A DNA stretch of 45,355 bases from an uncultured Fibrobacterota bacterium (GTDB lineage: Bacteria; Fibrobacterota; Chitinivibrionia; Chitinivibrionales; CAZJJT01). This document shows positions 41,613-45,355 of the stretch, piece after piece (within the stretch, counting starts at the first letter, position 1; every line of letters starts with the position of its first letter). Below the pieces are notes generated by a model, which saw nothing but the letters and a program-made list of their open reading frames with translations, was not told where the DNA came from and did no database searches. Position numbers and translations under genes: made by a program. The stretch spans positions 1-45,355 of the forward strand of contig CAZJJT010000001.1 in NCBI GenBank assembly GCA_964546395.1, read 5' to 3'.

Positions 41613-42889
41613 CAGTCCTCCGATATGCGTGCACCGAGCGCCGCGAAGTCTGCCAGGAACGAAGCGTATGTGACTGTCGCCGCTTCCGCGCCCTGTATCA
41701 CCGTCTCGCCCCGCGCCCGCATCCCCGCCAGCGCTAGCGCCATCACCACCCGGTGGTCCTCGTGGCCGCGCACCGTCGTCCCTGTCAACTCGCCACCCCG
41801 CACCACCATGCCGTCCGGCAGCTCGTCCACCGACGCCCCGAGCCGCCGGAGCTCCTTCGCCATCACCGCGATGCGATCGGTTTCCTTGATACGCGCCTGC
41901 GGGACATTCACCAGGCGCGTCTCACCCTCGGCCGCCGTAGCCAGCACCGCCATCGCCGGCAGCGCATCGGGCGTGGCGTTCAGGTCGATCTCCCCGCCCA
42001 CGAGGCGCCGCGCCGGGCCAACGCGTACGCCATCCGCCATGCGCACCACCGTCGCGCCCATCTGCGCAAGGTACTCAAACACCGCCTTGTCTCCCTGCGG
42101 ATCGCTGAAATCAAGCCCGCCGAGCGTCACGGTCGAACCCGTGAGGACAGCGGCGACCGCGGCGAACGTCGCCGAAGAGAAATCGGCCGGGATGTCCATC
42201 GACAGCGGTTCGTAGTGCTGTGCGCCCTCGAACGCGAAGTGCCGCAACCCGTCGAGCGCCTCGTACCGTACCCCCAGGCGCTTCAGCCACCACAGGCTCA
42301 GCTCGACATATGGTTTCTCGTTGAGCGTATCGTTCACCTCGAACACCGTGCCGCCCGAGGCCAGCGGGCAGGCGAACAGCAGGCTCGACACGAACTGCGA
42401 GGTAGCCCCCGACACCGTTGCACGCCCGCCGCGCATCGGCCCCTGCACCGTAAACGGTACGTCGGCACCGGCCCTCTCGCACCCGAATCGCGCCCCCAGC
42501 TGTGCAAGCGCCTCCAGCAGCGGCCGCATCTTCCGCGTGCGCAGCGAAGAGTCGCCGTCAAAACGCCGCTCTGTCCTGCCAAGCGCAGCGGCCCCGGCGA
42601 AGAGCCGCATCGACGTGCCCGAGTTGCCGCAGTCGAGTTCGCGCTCACCCCGGTTGAGATCCAGACCCAACCCGTCCACCGTCAACGTGTCGCCCTCAAG
42701 CGAAACCTGCGCGCCGAGCGCACGCGCCACCCGTACCGCCGACTCGCCGTCGCCCTGCAGCAGCGCTCGGCGCACCCTCGAGCGCCCCGCGGCAAGGCTG
42801 GCAACGAGCACCGCGCGAATCGTGTGCGACTTGGAGGGTGGGATGGTAATTGAGCCGGACAGCTTCGAGGCCTGGACACGCCACCGCAT
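41612..42889 (-). CDS. aroA: 3-phosphoshikimate 1-carboxyvinyltransferase (EPSP synthase)
   Basis: It reads LSGSITIPPSKSHTIRAVLVASLA, LDCGNSGTSMRLF, RIKETDRIAVMAKELRRLG and HEDHRVVMALALAG. GGAGGAG lies upstream of the ATG. Confidence 0.9.
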   Translation of the reverse strand: MRWRVQASKLSGSITIPPSKSHTIRAVLVASLAAGRSRVRRALLQGDGESAVRVARALGAQVSLEGDTLTVDGLGLDLNRGERELDCGNSGTSMRLFAGAAALGRTERRFDGDSSLRTRKMRPLLEALAQLGARFGCERAGADVPFTVQGPMRGGRATVSGATSQFVSSLLFACPLASGGTVFEVNDTLNEKPYVELSLWWLKRLGVRYEALDGLRHFAFEGAQHYEPLSMDIPADFSSATFAAVAAVLTGSTVTLGGLDFSDPQGDKAVFEYLAQMGATVVRMADGVRVGPARRLVGGEIDLNATPDALPAMAVLATAAEGETRLVNVPQARIKETDRIAVMAKELRRLGASVDELPDGMVVRGGELTGTTVRGHEDHRVVMALALAGMRARGETVIQGAEAATVTYASFLADFAALGARISED

Positions 42890-42906
42890 GCGAGCGCTCT
42901 CCTCCC

Positions 42907-43782
42907 CTAGCGCGCCGAGACGGCCGCCTGGAGTTGCGTGATGTCAATGACATGCTCGTCGGCATCGATACCGGTCCACAGCCTGAACGAGGCCAGCCCC
43001 TGATACACGAGCATCCACAGGCCGTTCTCCACCCGGCACCCCGCGGCTTCAGCTTCGGCCATGAGTCGGGTGCGGGAAGGGTTGTAGACCATGTCGAACA
43101 CGACGAGGTCACGGTGAAGCGCGGCAGCCGGGACCGGGGTCACATCGCTGTCGGGATGCATGCCCGCACTGGTACCGTTCACCAGCAGCGTGCACGCCGC
43201 CATCGTGTCGGCGAACGCTGGATCACCAGAACCGACAGCGCCCACCGTGGTTCCCGTACTCGCCGAGATCTCGCGCGCCAGCGCAGAGACACGCTGCGGG
43301 TTACGTCCGGCGAGTGTCAGCGAACGGCACGTGCCTCGCACCGCAAGCGCACAGGCGACGGTACGCGCCACGCCGCCGTTGCCGAGCATGACCACGTTGC
43401 CTTCAACCGCCGTGCTGTCCACGCGCGCCACCGCCCTGAAAAAACCCTCGGCATCGGTGGTGGCGCCGCACAGAAGCCCGTCGCGGACGTACAGCGTGTT
43501 CACCGCACCGATAGCGGCCGACTCGGCGGAGATCATATCGCACCAGTGGAGCGCCTGTCGCTTGTGCGGCACGGTCACGTTGGCGCCCACGAACCCGCAC
43601 GCCCTGATCGCCTGCACGGCCGCGTGCAACCGCTCCGGCGCAACCGGCAATGGCACGTATGCGATATCGAGTTCGTAGTGCTGGAAAAGACGGTTCTGGA
43701 ACACCGGGGACACCGAGTGCGCCACCGGCCAGCCGAACAGACCCACCAGGCGGGTTGCCCCGGTGATCCGAGTCGTGCGCAT
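42907..43782 (-). CDS. aroE: Shikimate dehydrogenase
   Basis: It reads LVGLFGWPVAHSVSPVFQN, GANVTVPHKRQAL, GAVNTL, MLGNGGVARTVA and DMVYNP. The start lies 4 nt after the GGDEF gene's stop. Confidence 0.85.
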   Translation of the reverse strand: MRTTRITGATRLVGLFGWPVAHSVSPVFQNRLFQHYELDIAYVPLPVAPERLHAAVQAIRACGFVGANVTVPHKRQALHWCDMISAESAAIGAVNTLYVRDGLLCGATTDAEGFFRAVARVDSTAVEGNVVMLGNGGVARTVACALAVRGTCRSLTLAGRNPQRVSALAREISASTGTTVGAVGSGDPAFADTMAACTLLVNGTSAGMHPDSDVTPVPAAALHRDLVVFDMVYNPSRTRLMAEAEAAGCRVENGLWMLVYQGLASFRLWTGIDADEHVIDITQLQAAVSAR

Positions 43783-43786
43783 GGGA

Positions 43787-44890
43787 CTACTGGTCCTCGG
43801 GCGGCAGGAACGCGCTCACCCGGTTGCGCCCGCCCGCCTTCGAGCGGTACAGCGCCACATCGGCCTCTTCTATCATGTCAACCGGCGCCTTCATGTCATG
43901 ACGGTACGACGTGACACCGATCGACACCGACAGCCGCCCGCCCGGCAGCACCTGCTCGTTGGGGAACCGGTAGTCGTAGACCGCCTTGCGGATCTTCTCG
44001 GCCGTGCGCAACGCCTGCTGTAGCGGCTGCGCGTGCAGCATCACCGCGAACTCCTCGCCGCCGTAGCGTGCCACCACATCGCGCCAGCTGCACACGGTGT
44101 GGAGGATGCGCACCGTCTCGATAAGCGCCAAGTCACCCTGGATATGACCGTTCTGGTCGTTGTACGTCTTGAAATGGTCCAGGTCGAGCATCAGCAACGA
44201 GAACGCCACACCCGACACGCGCGCCCGCGTGAACCGCGTGCGGAACTCCGTATCGAAGAAACGGCGGTTGTACGCCTTGGTCAACTGGTCGGTGATCGCC
44301 GCCGAGGCGGTGGCCGCGTACTCACGCGCATCGATAATCTTCGGATGGATGCGTGTCTTCTTGATGTTGCTGTAGTAGTCGAGCGCCGCGACATGAATCC
44401 CGGGGTTGCGCCCCAGCGCCTTGCCCATGTAGTACTTGTGCGACAGAATCTCCTGCCAGTCCCGCTTCGCTTCGGCTTCCGGAAGGCGGATCTGCATCAG
44501 CGCGAATATGATCTCACTGTAGTAGTACCCGGGCTTCTTACCCAGTGACGTACTGCGAATCTCTTCCTGGCGGATATGGTCGACGATATCGCCGCTGGCT
44601 ATCTCGATGACCTTCGTGTCGGTCAACGTCTTCAGCGAGTCGATATCGGTCTGGTTCAGTCGCGAACGGCCCAGATCTTCCAGGTTGGTCTCGCCGCGGT
44701 ACGCCACAGCCGGTGGCCCGTCGGGCGAACGTTCCTCGATGATATCACTGTCGATATCGACCGAGCCGGCCTCGGCCAGCACCTCGCGATTGGTCTTCCT
44801 GCGGAGCTTGTCAACCCCGCTCTGTATCAAGCCCTTGAGCGCGCCAAGTTCTCCCCTGTCGCCCTCACCAGTGATCTTCTTTATGTCCAC
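43787..44890 (-). CDS. Diguanylate cyclase (GGDEF domain) with an uncharacterised ~190-aa N-terminal domain
   Basis: GTG start. The GGDEF domain reads DQLTKAYNRRFF...LLMLDLDHFKTYNDQNGHIQGD...ARYGGEEFAVML...LYRSKAGGRNRV. No RxxD I-site lies at the canonical position (the sequence is SWRDVVARYGGEEF). Confidence 0.85.
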   Translation of the reverse strand: MDIKKITGEGDRGELGALKGLIQSGVDKLRRKTNREVLAEAGSVDIDSDIIEERSPDGPPAVAYRGETNLEDLGRSRLNQTDIDSLKTLTDTKVIEIASGDIVDHIRQEEIRSTSLGKKPGYYYSEIIFALMQIRLPEAEAKRDWQEILSHKYYMGKALGRNPGIHVAALDYYSNIKKTRIHPKIIDAREYAATASAAITDQLTKAYNRRFFDTEFRTRFTRARVSGVAFSLLMLDLDHFKTYNDQNGHIQGDLALIETVRILHTVCSWRDVVARYGGEEFAVMLHAQPLQQALRTAEKIRKAVYDYRFPNEQVLPGGRLSVSIGVTSYRHDMKAPVDMIEEADVALYRSKAGGRNRVSAFLPPEDQ

Positions 44891-45057
44891 TATGCACCTG
44901 TTCCTGTCATACCGGGTACGCCTCCGCCGCAGACGATGCGCCGCGGGCGGACAAAACCTATGGAAAATAATACTCGCTGATCACCTTCCCCCGCCACAGA
45001 AACTGCCCGCAGCGCCGGGGCGCCGGCAGGTGGCAGGGATAGGGTGCAACAAAAGGG

Positions 45058-45086
45058 TTGCGGAACTGCCAGAAATAATTTATAAT
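45058..45086 (+). promoter_or_regulatory. Sigma-70-like promoter (TTGCGG-N17-TATAAT) predicted to give a leaderless XRE mRNA
   Basis: TATAAT lies at 45081-45086, only 7 nt before the ATG at 45094. TTGCGG lies at 45058-45063 with 17-nt spacing. No SD sits between the -10 element and the ATG. The surrounding sequence is a local AT-rich island. Confidence 0.4.
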
Positions 45087-45093
45087 TACTGTT

Positions 45094-45355
45094 ATGGGTG
45101 AAGTATTACTTAACTCCAGGGTTGCCCAGGTTGGGGCGTTGCTGAAAACGGTCAGGGAGCGAACCGCGCGCAGCCAGGCGGATGTGGCTGCCGGGGCGGG
45201 GATCTCCGCAAGCATGCTCAGCCAGATAGAGCGTGGTGCGGTGGCACCGTCTATCGAGACGCTGTTCCAGGTGTGCGCCGCCCTGGATCTGGATGTCGCG
45301 GAGCTGTTCAGACGGCTTTCGACAGAGCAGCCGGCACGCGTGGTGGGCAAGGGCA
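45094..45355 (+). CDS. XRE/Cro-C1-type HTH transcriptional regulator, 5' part (runs off the right edge)
   Basis: Absent from the ORF track because it is open at the window edge. My translation is MGEVLLNSRVAQVGALLKTVRERTARSQADVAAGAGISASMLSQIERGAVAPSIETLFQVCAALDLDVAELF..., a classic HTH_3 pattern (SQxxLA...S.S.LSQIERG...PS...L). Confidence 0.75.
   Translation, partial: MGEVLLNSRVAQVGALLKTVRERTARSQADVAAGAGISASMLSQIERGAVAPSIETLFQVCAALDLDVAELFRRLSTEQPARVVGKG

Noticed and set aside
40488-43914. Plus-strand ORFs of 575, 366 and 354 aa over aroB, aroA and aroE
   Set aside because: They are antisense to three unmistakable shikimate-pathway genes and are Arg/His/Pro-rich shadow ORFs. The same reasoning applies to 14120..15094(-), 25009..25866(-), 27055..28884(+), 28389..29588(+), 35451..36869(+) and 39426..40511(-).
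44958-45350. 130-aa minus-strand ORF at the right edge
   Set aside because: It is antisense to a clean XRE HTH reading frame on the plus strand, has no motifs, and would cross the AT-rich promoter region.
1-45355. CRISPR arrays, IS elements or transposases, integrases, prophage genes, tRNA or rRNA genes
   Set aside because: I looked for regularly spaced repeats, terminal inverted repeats, DDE or tyrosine-recombinase-like ORFs and tRNA-like T-arm sequences in the intergenic spacers, and found none. The spacers are short and are accounted for by promoters and terminators.

Overview
GC-rich bacterial chromosomal segment with strong G/C bias at third codon positions. That bias produces many long antisense 'shadow' ORFs in the six-frame track. 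I support about 37 protein-coding genes, one gene relic, a few hairpin terminators and some candidate regulatory repeats. I recognised no rRNA, tRNA, CRISPR array, transposase or integrase by eye.

Gene order, left to right:
- 5' part of ribulokinase araB (-).
- A DUF2378-like plus 2-TM membrane protein operon (-).
- A secreted CBM9-like protein (+).
- A seven-gene co-directional minus-strand cluster (12574 to 3955): Cys-motif anchored periplasmic protein, two FtsX/MacB-type permeases, ABC ATPase, ECF sigma, a zf-HC2 anti-sigma with a PQQ-like beta-propeller, and a TonB-dependent receptor.
- A glycan-utilisation block: SGNH esterase, a regulator with two GntR HTH domains plus a sugar-binding fold, GH30, and a GH31 alpha-xylosidase-like enzyme.
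- A multidomain FGE-sulfatase-family protein, then a GNAT.
- znuA-znuC-znuB.
- An internally deleted CaCA relic followed by an intact Na+/Ca2+-exchanger-family gene.
- A eukaryotic-type UGPase.
- A giant double-activase/dehydratase-like (BCR/HAD family, PlsA-like architecture) gene, translationally coupled to DAHP synthase.
- A divergent 597-aa orphan with a transglutaminase/papain-like Cys-His motif.
- htpG plus a DUF62 SAM hydrolase, a lipoprotein, dus and trpS.
- A GGDEF-aroE-aroA-aroB operon.
- The 5' part of an XRE regulator.

The best candidates for something undescribed are the sigma-coupled FtsX/ABC envelope cluster with its Cys-motif partner, and the activase-HAD gene paired with the Cys-His orphan. 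Every functional call comes from reading motifs in the translations. No database search was possible.
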